A stretch of DNA of 64,000 nt. Source: Octopus vulgaris. Taxonomy: Eukaryota. Numbering within the stretch: the first letter of the stretch is position 1; each line of letters starts with the position of its first letter. The position numbers and the translations under genes were made by a program. The DNA lies in assembly GCA_951406725.2 (NCBI GenBank), contig OX597839.1, positions 9,548,001 to 9,612,000 of the forward strand. Reading direction: 5' to 3'. This document shows, one piece after another, positions 13,049 through 25,559 of the stretch. Below the pieces are notes generated by a model. It was not told where the DNA came from. It made no database searches and worked only from the letters and a program-made list of their open reading frames with translations.

Positions 13049-13230
13049 GTAGTAGTAGTGACGTCTAAAAATACGTTAGGAATGAGAACCCAGGTTTGAA
13101 ATTTTCCCCAGGACTAATGAAGGCTGGAGGGTATATCAGCTGAAACATTGTGTTAACAACAAACAAGATGACAAATATCCATGAAATGTAAATAACGTAC
13201 ATAATTCCTTGTCTCTTAAATATAGAACTG
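12925..13230 (+). mobile_element. tRNA-headed SINE with an (AAT)n middle and a hammerhead-like tail
   Basis: TGGCCTAGTGGTTAAGAGCG A box, GTTCAATTCC B box, (AAT)n at about 12999-13047, CTAATGA...GAAA motif at 13114-13145. Confidence 0.55.
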
Positions 13231-13390
13231 TCTTTTACTTTTGTGTTGTGTGTTTATAATTTCATCCTTGTACTGCCCTCAATGTCTTGGTCCTTGTGGA
13301 CAGTAAAATAACAAATTGCTGCTGCTGTTGTTGTTGTTGTTGTTATTTGATTTTTTTTTCACTAAATCTGGTTGTGTTTTTTCTCTGCAG

Positions 13391-13512
13391 TGTTCGGCAA
13401 TGCTACTTGAAGACATCAAAAAAACGTCCACTTTGGCTTGTATGGCAGAATCCAGATCCACTTGCAGATTACTGGCTTTCATATTACAAGTTGATTTTCA
13501 AAAATGGAGATG
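13391..13512 (+). CDS. PIK3CA: PI3K p110alpha-like exon (P-loop, catalytic Lys in IFKNGD)
   Basis: 122 nt, tgcag/gtcagt. Encodes VRQCYLKTSKKRPLWLVWQNPDPLADYWLSYYKLIFKNGD. Confidence 0.95.
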
Positions 13513-13637
13513 GTCAGTCTGTAAACTAACCTTAAACCTATTGATTCTGGTATTGATTCTGAATAAGAACTGGCATAGGGTAGAGAGAACTTTTTGGTCC
13601 TGCATGCATGAGAAACCTCTCTTGTACTGCTGATGAA

Positions 13638-13962
13638 GGCGCATGGCTCAGTGGTTAGAGCATCAAGCTTACAATCGTGAGGTTGTGAGCTTGAATCCCG
13701 GACCGGGCTGCGTGTTGTGTTCTTGAGCAAGACACTTTATTTCACGTTGCTCCAGTTCACTCAGCTGTAGAAATGAGTTGCGACGTCACTGGTGCCAAGC
13801 TGTATCGACCTTTGTCTTTCCCTTGGATAACACTGGTGGCATGGAGAGGCCGGTATGCATGGGCTACTGCTGGTCTTCCATAAACAACCTTGCCCGGACT
13901 TGTGTCTAGGATGATAACTTTCTAGGTGCAATCCCATAGTCATTCATGACCAAAGGGGGTCT
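13638..13962 (+). mobile_element. tRNA-derived SINE family 4
   Basis: GGCGCATGGCTCAGTGGTTAGAGC head, B box-like TTGAATCCC, CTTGAGCAAGACACTT core. Confidence 0.7.
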
Positions 13963-15208
13963 TTACTGCTGATGTAACAAAATGCATCCAATACACATCT
14001 AGTAGTAGAAAAGATTATGAAATCTTGTTCCTATGCCCCATAGGAACAAGATTTCATGTTGTACTGCAACATACAGATGATGTGTATGTTGCAATGCTGT
14101 AATTCTGAGGAAGAACTATATCAGACTCTGATAACCTATCCGCTTCATGCCAGCATTGAAACAACACACATAGAGATAATAAGGACTATTTCAGTTGATT
14201 TGATATATGAGCAGGTGCTGAAATATTCCTGAGTTTGGGTAAAAGAAAATACAGGAGGGTCAGTTAATTCAAGGATAATTCTTGTCAAAAATTTATTCCA
14301 GATGATGAAAGCTTCACTTTTATTATGACCTCTAGAGTCTTAAAATTTGATGTTGCCTTTTGGGAACATCAAGAGGAAATGGGTTAAAATATGTTTCCAT
14401 AGCTTAACCCTTTAGAATTTAAATTGGCTTTATCTGGCAAAAACATTCTATCCATTTTATCTTCAAACTGGCTAGATCTGGCCTCTCACACCTACTTTGC
14501 AATGTCATTCCGAAAATAAACAGTCATATCATTGAAATCTCAAAGCTGCAAGATAATGCATGACTAATTCAAAACAATGTCAATAAATAAGCAATACATT
14601 TGACAAAGAAATCTGAATGCTAAAGAGTTAGACTGAAATTTTAAGATCTGAAAAAAAAAATGTAATTTTAACAACTTATGTCGTAGAATTAGATGTTTAC
14701 TTGGCAGTGAGCTTCTAATTTCTTTCATCATCATCATCGTTTAGCATCCGCTTTCCATGCTGGCATGGGTTGGATGGTTCAACTGGGGTCTGGGAAGCCA
14801 GAAGGCTGCACCAGGCCCAGTCTGATCTGGCAATGTTTCTACGGCTGGATGCCCTTCCTAACGCCAACCACTTCATGAGTGTAGTGGGTGCTTTTTACGT
14901 GCCACTGGCACAGGTGCCAGACGAGGCTGGCAAACAGCCACGATTGGATGGTGCTTTTTACGTGCCACCAGCATGCAAACAAATGTAGCAATGTCAGAAT
15001 AGTTCAGCTTGAGTTACAAACTTTTTTCAAGTTGGGTTTTTACAACTAGGGAACTCTTTAGAAAACATACTCTCTGAAGAAGCATTTTGGAGATGTAAGC
15101 CTTGCTTACACACAAATCTGCTTCCCGTTTTTATAGACTGTTTTGCCACTTTTATCTCCGACCTCTGTCAAATTTTTAAATGTTTTTGTATTTTAATTTT
15201 TCTGTTAG

Positions 15209-15287
15209 ATTTGAGACAAGACATGCTCACTCTTCAGGTGATAAGAATTATGGATTCCATCTGGAAAAATGAAGGCATAGATTTAAG
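15209..15287 (+). CDS. PIK3CA: PI3K p110alpha-like exon
   Basis: 79 nt, ttag/gtaatg. Encodes (D)[25 protein letters not shown](R). Confidence 0.95.
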
Positions 15288-15663
15288 GTAATGTTTTTTC
15301 TTATACTTTCACTTTCACCTATGTATATATGTGTGCGCACACAAACACACACACATTTTCTACCTTTCTATTTGTCTCAGTCATTAGGTAGTGACCATGC
15401 TGGGACCCTGCCTTCAAGAATTTGTAGTTGAAGGAATCAACCCCAGTACTTTCCCTTTTTTATGCCTAGTACTTATTCTATCGTTCTCTTTTACTGACCT
15501 GCTAAGCTACAGGGTGTAAACACACCAATGTTAGTTGTTAAGCATTGGTGGGGGACAAACATACCTACATTTATATGTATGTATCTATCTATCTATCTAC
15601 CTATCTATATATCTATATCATCATCGTTTAGCGTCCGTTTTCCATGCTAGCATGGGTTGGACG

Positions 15664-15699
<36 letters not shown>

Positions 15700-17421
15700 C
15701 ACTTCTTTCAGTTTCCATCTGCCAAATTCATTCACAAGGCTCTGGTCAGCCTGAAGCTGTAGTTGAAGACACTTGCTCAAGGTGCCATGTAGCGAGCCTG
15801 AACTTGGAACCACGTGGTTAGGAAGCAAGCTTTTTACCACACTGCCATACTGATATATAATATGTCCTCTCACACACACACACACTCACTTGTTTCAGTC
15901 ATTAAACAGCAGCTATGCTGGGGTAGCATTTAGAAGAATTTTAGTTGAACAAATCAGCCCCAATACTATTTTATTCTTTAAACCAGGTACTTATTCCGTT
16001 GGTCCCTTTTGCCAAACTGCTAAGTTCCAGGGACACCAGTTGTCAAGTGGTGGTGGAGGACAAACAGACACAAAGATACATGTGCATATATATGCAGTAA
16101 TCCCTCACCATATCGGGGTTTACCTATCACGGTTTATTACTTAAGCTTACATTGATTCCTCTGTGGTGTTGTTTTGCATTTATGATAAAATAAATATATA
16201 CAAATTATAAAAATAATTTTAAAAAATATACAGTACTGTTTCTACTTTATGGATTTTTACCTATCATGGGTGTTTTAGAACATAACACCTGCGATGATAG
16301 TCGAGGGATTACTACATATATATATATAAATGTCACCCTTTTCAAGCCTTGCCAGGCTCATGGGCCCAGTTTCTGTGGTGTATGTGTTCCCCCAAGCTGG
16401 ATGGGACGCCAGTCCATCGCAGCATTACTCAAGAAACAGGAAGCAAGAGTGAGAGAAAGTTGTGGCGAAAGAGTACAACACACACACAAATAAATTAAAA
16501 AACAAATTTGTATATACACAAGTAACGGATTTTTTTAAATACATTACAATGTACAAGTGTGTCATGACCATTAAGTATAGAGTTTGTTCCTAAAGTATTC
16601 ATATTTGTTCAACATGCTGAAACGTTACTGTATGTACATTTAGTTATTTGATAATGTATACCTATAGATCACTGTTGACTTGTCTCAAGCACTCTGTCCC
16701 TTTTACATCTGAATTTAATGCTGAGTCTACCAAAAATATATCAACACATTGGAATATAGTTCCTTTTTCTATCAGTTCTGATCCTGACGAAATGTTCAAT
16801 TAACTATAATTAAATATGAATCTTTAATTTAATTTTTCTAATTTGAATAAATTGATTGTACATGAAAACAATTGTAGGTTCTATGAGTTTGATAGTGTCC
16901 TTCCCTTTAAAAATTTCTGGCCTGATTCCTGTGTTAGAAAATTTAAGGTTCTAGACTGGTAGAATCCAAAGTGTCCAACTAAATGCTTTGCAGTATTCAG
17001 TTATGGCACTTTCTGATCCTGCCAAGATCAACTTTTATCCTTCAGGGGTCGTTAAAATAAACTACGTGTCAAAAACTGTTTTGTTTGATGTTGCCAAGTG
17101 CCCACCCCCTCTTACTTTCCAGGCCTGTGCCTAATTTAGAAATTAGTACTGCTACTTCTGAAATTATGAGTTTACTAACCATGTTGATTGAAATGATTGG
17201 AGCTACTCATCGTCAAAACGTCCGTTGTCCGTGCTGGCATAGGTTGGATGGATTGACCAGGGTTGGCATTGTTTCTACAGCTGGATGCCCTTCCTAATGC
17301 CAATCACTCTGAGAGTGTAGTGGGTGCTTTTACGTGCTACCAATTGTGTGACACCAGTATCTGCCATAACTACAATGGAGGATCTAATTTCTGTATTTAA
17401 TGATTGTTTTCTGTCCTATAG

Positions 17422-17592
17422 GATGATACCATATGGTTGTTTGTCGACCGGTAAAGAGATGGGACTCATAGAGGTAGTTCCAGCAGCTACTACTGTGATG
17501 GCTATTCAGCACCGTGGAGGCAAGACCGCAGCAATGCAGTTGGACAGCTCTCAGCTGCATAAATGGATCAAAGAGCGCAACCAGAAAGAACA
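17422..17592 (+). CDS. PIK3CA: PI3K p110alpha-like exon (hinge region)
   Basis: 171 nt, atag/gtaagt. Encodes MIPYGCLSTGKEMGLIEVVPAATTVMAIQHRGGKTAAMQLDSSQLHKWIKERNQKE(Q). Confidence 0.95.
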
Positions 17593-18926
17593 GTAAGTGC
17601 ATGCGTTATTTATTTTTTCATCAATATATGGATTATTAATACTCTCTTTTTACTATTTTACTTGTTTCAGTCATTTGACTGCGGCCATACTGGAGCACCG
17701 CCTTTTAATCGAGCAACTCGACCCCTGGGACTTATTCTTTTGTAAGCCCGGCACTTATTCTATCGGTCTCTTTTGCCGAACCGCTAAGTAACGGGGGACA
17801 TAAACACACCAGCATCGGTTGTCAAGCAATGCTAGGGGGACAAACACAGACACTCAAACACACACACGCATATATATATACATATATACGACGGGCTTCT
17901 TTTCAGTTTCCGTCTACCAAATCCACTCACAAGGCTTTGGTCGGCCCGAGGCTATAGTAGAAGACACTTACCCAAGGTGTCACGCAGTGGGACTGAACCC
18001 GGAACCATGTGGTTGGTAAACAAGCTACTTACCACACAGCCACTCCTGTTATTATTTAACGTCCGTTGTCCGTGCTGGCATAGGTTGGATGGATTGACCA
18101 GGGTTGGCATGGTTTCAACAGCTGGATGCCCTTCCTAATGCCAACCACTCCGAGAGTGTAGTGGGTGCTTTTACGTGCAACCAGCATGGGTGCCAATTGT
18201 GTGACACCAGTATCTGCCTGCTCAGTGGGTGTTCTTCTCAAGCGTGACATAATGCCAAAGGTCTCGGTCATTTGTCATTGACTCTGTGAGCCCCAACACT
18301 CGAAAGGTGCTTTTCACATGCCACCAGTATTGGTCACTTTGTTTCCGTGAGGCCCAACGCTCAAAAGGTGCCTTTTACATGCCACTGCATGGGTGCTAGT
18401 TACATGACACCAGCATCGGCCATAAATATGATTTCACTTGGCTTCATGGGTCTTCTCAAGCACAGCATATTGCCAAAAGTCTCGATCGCTTGTCATTGCC
18501 TCTGTGAAGCCCAAAGTTTGTCCCATGTCTTCCTGGGTCTATCTCTTCCACAGGTTCTCTCCAGTTAGAGATCAGCACTTCTTTACACAGCTCTCCTCAT
18601 CCATACACATCACATGACCATACCAGTGCAATTGTCTCTCTTGCACACCACATCTTGTGCCTCTTTTCTCTCAAGATGCTTACACTCTGTCAAACATGCA
18701 TGCTGACATTGCACATCCAGTGAAGCATACTGGCTTCATTTCTTTCAAGCCTACACATGTCCTCAGCTATCACAGCTCATGTTTCACTGCCATGTGGCAT
18801 AGCTGTTTGCACACAGGCATCATATAACTTACCTTTTACTCTGAGGGAGAGGCTCTTAGTTGCTACCAGAGCTAGGAGCTCTCTGAACTTTGCCCATCCT
18901 ATTCTTATTCTTACAATACAATTATT

Positions 18927-19216
18927 ATACAGTTATTATTAATATATCTAAGTACCAGTAGAGTAGTGGTTGGTTCTTTAATGTAATGAAGTTTGAGTGT
19001 TACACTTTACCCAACCCTAAGTGATGAAATCAGAGGAATAATTGAAATCTATTGTATGACAAAATAAAAAATACAGTTATTATTAATATAGTTAAGTATC
19101 AGTCAAGTAGTGATTGGTGGTTCTTTAATATAATGGAGTTTGAGTGTTACACTTTACACAACTCTAAGTGATGAAATCAGAGACGTAACTGAAATCTGTT
19201 ATATGACAAAATAAAA
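18927..19216. repeat. Local tandem duplication, 2 x about 145 bp
   Basis: TACAGTTATTATTAATATA...ATGACAAAATAAAA occurs twice in tandem. Confidence 0.85.
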
Positions 19217-20056
19217 TTCCAGTGTTATGCTTTTAATAACCCTAACTATGGAAAGAAATCAGACATTATAGAAATTTTTAACCTACTAAAACCAGTTTTA
19301 GTGTTATAATTTAGTGTTTTAAATATGGAACAAAGAGAAGACATAATTGAAATGTTTAATTCTTTCATTACAGTATTTCTAACCAAAATTCAGCCTTTAG
19401 ATGTTTCAATTAAATTCAAAAAATAATCATAAATTTAGACTAGTTTCATAAAACAACTCTAGCTTATTTGTTTATGAGCATATTAATGTGATTTTTTGGA
19501 ACACAGATTAACAAAAGGTTCTTAACCAAATTTATTTCATAATTTTTGTCTCAAAGCGAATCTAATTATAGATAATTAAAGGTAAATTCAGTAAAATACA
19601 TTATTTAAATTTTGTTTACAATCAGCATAGAAAATTAGTTAATAGCTAATATTCAATGAGTATACAGCAAAATTTTAATAGAGAAGAATTGTGCAAATTA
19701 CTGAATTATTTAACAGTTAAACTTAATGCAGATAAGACAGGTGTACCACAAAGGTAAAACAAAATGAGATATTGGGATTTGTCTTTGAGAAAAATTAGGA
19801 AATGAAATATACACCATCAACTAAATGAAGTAAGCTCACGTACATACATAAATACGCAGAAACACATATAATAATGAATCGCAATCCAAATTCATCAAAA
19901 TTTGTCACACATATTACTGGTAAATCAAAATTAAATAAATAAAAACGAGGTAAATTTGAAGAAAAATATTTACAAATCAAATTTATATATATATATATAG
20001 GACTTAGTGCTTACTTTTTCCATGGGTATGAATAAGTATTTCATTTATATCTCACG

Positions 20057-20122
20057 TATTTATCACTGAAGAGGGGAAAATTCTTATGAATTAACCCCGA
20101 AATTGGGACCAATACGGTAATA
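20057..20122 (+). ncRNA. Type I hammerhead ribozyme fold within a Penelope-like remnant (PI3K intron, sense strand)
   Basis: CUGAAGA at 20066-72; stem II GGGG/CCCC; GAAA at 20099-102; stem III AUUG/CAAU; AUA triplet; imperfect stem I. Confidence 0.65.
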
Positions 20123-20649
20123 ACGGATTTTTTAGAAATTTCTATCGGTTTGTTTCGAGACGCATAAATTATAATGGTTATTGACAATTTTGTCTTTTTT
20201 TCGGCATATTTGGCATTAGAATTTTTCTTTTGCCCTTATTTTGTAAATTTCATATATATTTATATATATACCAAAATATATATATATATATTAGAAAAAA
20301 CCCACCTTTTATCAATTCAACAAAGAAAAAATTAAATTATACCATTTAGAAAACATTACTAGATACAAGAAAAAACATATACCAATGATTAAGTAATGTG
20401 CAAAATAATAAATAAAACGTATATATTTGGTAGATAGATAGATAGACAGACAGACATAAATATATGTGCACAATAGAACCAAGGAACATTTATTTCTAAA
20501 TTGGGGCTTATAATATACTTATCCACTAGGCCACTGTCACTTTATCTGTAAAGATTCCTGTTTCAAATCCAGTTTGGTACTCTATTCACATCCAAGAATA
20601 AAACACATGATGACAAAGTACAAATTAATTGAAATGTTGAGTAATGTAG

Positions 20650-20847
<198 letters not shown>

Positions 20848-20855
20848 TAGTTTGA

Positions 20856-21242
20856 CCCTTTCGTTACTGTATTTATTTTCAGGTGCTCTGTGTTTCTTTC
20901 AATTACTTTAAATATAACAAAAAATTCAGTAAAATAACTTAGTTATCATTAAGCAAGTGTTAGGAACATGAATTGTGACTAAGGTTTGGTGGGAGATTTT
21001 AATTCAAAACTTATGAAAACAAGACATTTGTTACCATATTTCTGTTGAGATGCTCTGTGTTTCTTTCAATTACTTTAAATATAACAAACAATTTAGTAAA
21101 ATAACTTAGTTATCAATAAGCAAGTGTTAGGAACATGAATTGTGACTAAGGTTTGACGGAAGATTTTAATTCAAAACTTATGAAAACAAGACATTTGTAC
21201 TCAGAGCCAGAGCTGGTTCCAGCCGGGTTGGTAACAAAAGGG
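20856..21242. mobile_element. piggyBac-like MITE (second family) with an internal tandem duplication
   Basis: CCCTTTCGTTAC...GTAACAAAAGGG-TTAA; an internal segment of about 170 bp occurs twice. Confidence 0.6.
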
Positions 21243-21549
21243 TTAAAACCAAATATTTTAAAGACTTGTAGGACACCGTATTTCATTATGCAGCCATAAT
21301 TCTGATGAAAGAGATTTTGCTAATTACCTTCTTGGTGTAGGACATGGTAACACTTCTGTTGAACAAAGCAAAGCCTAGGTGAATTCAGAATCAAACCACC
21401 CAATGACACTTGCCTTGAAAGTGGTACTCTTTCAGATCTATGGGATTATAATAATAACATAAAAGAAGCAATGGTTGTTTAAAACCGCCTATACTGGCTA
21501 TAAAACAAAAAATTATTACTTGGTTTTGCTTTACTTTGTTGTTTTGTAG

Positions 21550-21702
<153 letters not shown>

Positions 21703-21889
21703 TGAGTATATGCTTTGTCTTCTTTCCTATAGAGACTGGTATGTTTTGGAAATGAATGATAGAAGGATAGAGAAAAAGTGCTGTAGAACAACGTTTGGAT
21801 TGTGGATCGTGGGTATATATGTCATCATTTTTTTGTGTTTTTCTCATGCTTGTGTGAGTTGTGAGATATGTATTACTAGTGTTGCCTTA

Positions 21890-22395
21890 AAGAGCACCAT
21901 CTGAGCGTGCTCGTTGCCAGAGCAGCTATCTGGCCTCCGTGCCAGAGGCACGTAGAAGACACCATTCGAGCGTGATCGTTACCAGCATCGCCTTACTGGC
22001 ACCTGTGCAGGTGACATGTGTAAAAGATTCGAGTGAGGTCATTGCCAGTACCGCCTGATTGGCCCCGTGCTGGAGGCACATAAAAGACACCATTCGAGCG
22101 TGATCGTTACCAGCATTGCCTTACTGGCACCTGTGCCAGTGGCATGTGTAAAAGATTCGAGTGAGGTCGTTGCCAGTACTGCCTGACTGGCCCCGTGCCG
22201 GTGGCACATAAAAAGCACCCACTACACTCTCGGAGTGGTTGGCGTTAGGAAGGGCATCCAGCTGTAGAAACTCTGCCAGATCAAGATTGAAGCCTGGTGC
22301 ATCCATCTAGTTCGCCAGCCCTCAGTCAAAATCGTCCAACCCATGTAGGCATGGAAAGCGGACGTTAAACAACAATGATGATGATGATGATGATG
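21890..22395 (+). mobile_element. SINE/retroposon with an RTE-like 3' tail and internal tandem subrepeats. Others at approx. 6120-6570, 14725-14975, 18055-18520, 28350-28668, 28880-29215, 57235-57690
   Basis: GGCGTTAGGAAGGGCATCCAGC...CCAACCCATG...GGAAAGCGGACGTTAAA followed by a (GAT)n tail; repeated GTGCC...GGCAC...AAAAG units. Confidence 0.7.
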
Positions 22396-23641
22396 TATTG
22401 AAGCAATATTCTGTGACTGGATGCCTTTCCTGTCATTAAGCCTTACTGCCAAGCTACAAGGACATATTGTTCACAGATGTAAACAGTATTTGTGAAGATG
22501 TTTGGTTATGAATTGAGTTCATTACTATACATAATCATACCAATACCTGTGTGTGTGTGTGTGAATTTTGTATAACAGGTGTACCAACTATTCTAGCTTC
22601 ACCTCTGATGACATTGTCTAATTGTGTTCATCATTTTAATGTTGCAGATTATGATTTGAGTGTGATTTGGGTGCTATTTCTCAGTAATTGAGCGGTAATG
22701 GTTCCATTAGCTGCTGTAGTTATTATTGTTTAGCCCTAATCATCATCTAATTAAGCTGACAAATGTGGCATATCAGAGACGTAACACATGGTTCTGGGTT
22801 CTGTTCCACTTTGTGGCACCTTAGGCAAATGCCTTTTACTATTGCCTCGGGCTAACAAAAGCCTTGTGAGTGGATTAGACAGACACAAACTGAAAGAAGA
22901 CCTTTGTGTGTGTGTGTGTGTGTGTAATAATAATAATAATAATGAAATTATTGTATACAGTGCTCAGGTGCACCACAACTTGTCAGAAAGTGCGTATAAA
23001 GTATATGCAGTAATGTACAAATGTCTGGGAAATGAACAATGTATGAGTCAGATACATGCTTGCGTGTGTATGGAGGGGAGAAAATCAGGTGTAGTTTTGG
23101 CGAATCTCAGGAAAGCATGGAAGTTTTGAAGGATGCAGTGCGCCGACAACTAACAACTGATGCCGGCAGTCTGTTCCATGCTTCAGCAACTCTCAGCGTG
23201 AAAAAATGTTTCCTAAACTCATGGGAGCTGTGTGTTCTTTACCACTGCTTGACAACCAGTGTTGGTTTGTTTGCATCCCCATAACTTAGCAGTTCAACGA
23301 AGGTAACCAATAGAATAAGTACTAGGGTTTTTTTTTTTAAAAAGTCCTGGGGTCGATTTGTCCAGCTGAAGCCCTTCAATGAGTAAAAGATAAAGATAAT
23401 TATTTGTTCCATTCTTTTTGATTTGATTTCAAATCCCACTGAAATTAATGTTGCCTTTCATCCCTCCAGGGACCAATACTTGTGCCTAAATTAGAAGTTA
23501 ATATTTTACTGTTATTATTATTTGTTATTCCTTTTGTCTTTACATGTTAACATTTGAGATGAAACTATACAATATATCCTTTTGTTCATTCCATAACTGC
23601 TGCTGCTGTTGATGATGATGATGATGATGATGATGATCCAG

Positions 23642-23909
23642 GTTTCAACAACTGTGTGGCCAAGCTTATTTGGCACTTCGCAAACATGCCAAGCTTTTCA
23701 TTACCCTTTTCACACTGATGCTCTCTTGTGGCATCCCCGAGTTACAGTCAATGGATGACATAGGATACCTTCGCAAGACACTGGCTGTGGAGAAATCTGA
23801 GCAGGAAGCTGCCACTTATTTTCAGGAACAATTCAATAATGCCTACGGCGGCTCTTGGACAACTAAGCTGGACTGGTTCTTCCATTACCTGCACAACCGG
23901 AATCGGTGA
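23642..23909 (+). CDS. PIK3CA: PI3K p110alpha-like terminal coding exon
   Basis: ccag acceptor. Encodes [88 protein letters not shown], then TGA. Confidence 0.95.
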
Positions 23910-23969
23910 GAAACAGACACAATCCCAAACATAAACACGACCTTGCAAGCAGAGAGAGACATATGTTCA

Positions 23970-24688
23970 TGCATCATATATATGCATATATATATATGTG
24001 TGTATATAGATATATATATATATATATATGTGTGTGTGTATACAGACACACACTTATAGTAAATAAACATATGTTGAAAGTGCGTGCGTGTGCATGTGTG
24101 TGTGTGTGTGCATGCGTGTGTGTGTACATATATGTATGATTGCTGTGTGTAATATAAATTACATATGTGTGTTGTGTATGTGTGTGAATATATATGTGTA
24201 TATATATATATATACACACACAGACATATATAAACATACACACACACATCCTGATAACTTCCCTTTCTCTTTGGTTTTTCACGTTTTTTTCCTCAATATT
24301 TAAAATTTTTTTTTTCCTTAACTTATCCCACCCAAGTGCTCCAAGACATCCTCTTTAATTGCACCAGGACACCATCATTATAATCATTATCATTGTCACC
24401 TACACCACCACCACCATTGTCTGACAGACTCTTGTCACTTGCCACCACCTTTTTTTCCTCTTCCTCCCACCCATTCTATCCGTCTCTGACTTCTTCCATC
24501 TGACCATCTTCATTGCTCATTTCGCCTTGTCATCTTCATGCTCTTGTCTTGTACTTTCACTTCTATCTTCTCTCTGAATACTTCTGAAAGGGAAACAAAA
24601 TATTCACACCCACATGTGTGTGTGTGTGTGTGTGTGTATGGGTATGTGTATGTATGTATGTGTGTGTGTGTATGTATACATGTGTATG

Positions 24689-24721
<33 letters not shown>

Positions 24722-24730
24722 ATATGTATA

Positions 24731-24773
<43 letters not shown>

Positions 24774-24980
24774 TAAAACAAGCAAAGATGTTACATGACA
24801 ATGAAAAAAATTTAAAAAGCAACAAAAAAATACTGGCCCCTGTCCCCATTCCCTTGAGTGATGCCAAATAGGCTGTTTTAGTCTGGCTTTCTTGCTCTTA
24901 TTATATATATTCTGAAATAAATAACCCATCCCTCAAAAAATGTATATATATATATACATATACATATATATATATAATTA
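23970..24980. repeat. (TA)n/(TG)n microsatellite blocks in the putative PI3K 3' UTR
   Basis: Seen directly downstream of the TGA at 23909. Confidence 0.85.
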
Positions 24981-25066
24981 TGAAAAACATTGAATAAAAC
25001 AATGTCTGTATCTATTGATCTTTGTCTATGTTTGTTTTTGTGAAGCTGAAATCTGAATATGTGTAA

Positions 25067-25437
25067 TCTTTATATATAAAAGTCAAGTTGTGTGTCTGTC
25101 TCCTACAACTTAGATTCCTAACTACTCCCACATTTTGCGGTGCAGTTTAACCAAAACCGGGTATCTTATAGTCGTTATTCATATCGAGCCCTTCGAGTAG
25201 CATGAGTCTACGATTTAAAAAAAATTTACCATCATTTTTTTCCATTTTAATGCATTTTTTCGCTATTATATAAGGGAAGTAACTCTCTAAAAATGTCTAC
25301 GATGAGTCAACAATTTTTAAAAAAATTTACCATCATTTTTTTTCCATTTTTAATGCATTTTTTTGCTATAACTCTCTAAAAATGCTTATATAGTTATTTC
25401 CCTTACAAACCCGAGCAACGCCGGGCGATACTGCTAG
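25067..25437 (+). mobile_element. Non-autonomous Helitron-like element (family B)
   Basis: A|TC...CCCGAGCAACGCCGGG hairpin...CTAG|T. Confidence 0.7.
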
Positions 25438-25559
25438 TGAAAGATAAATATGAACCAAGAGGAATAACATAAAGTGACCAGTAAACATGAATTTGGGTAG
25501 CACAGACAATGAAATCTATTCTAAATGCAGAAAAAATTTTTGTTCATCTTCAAGGTAAG

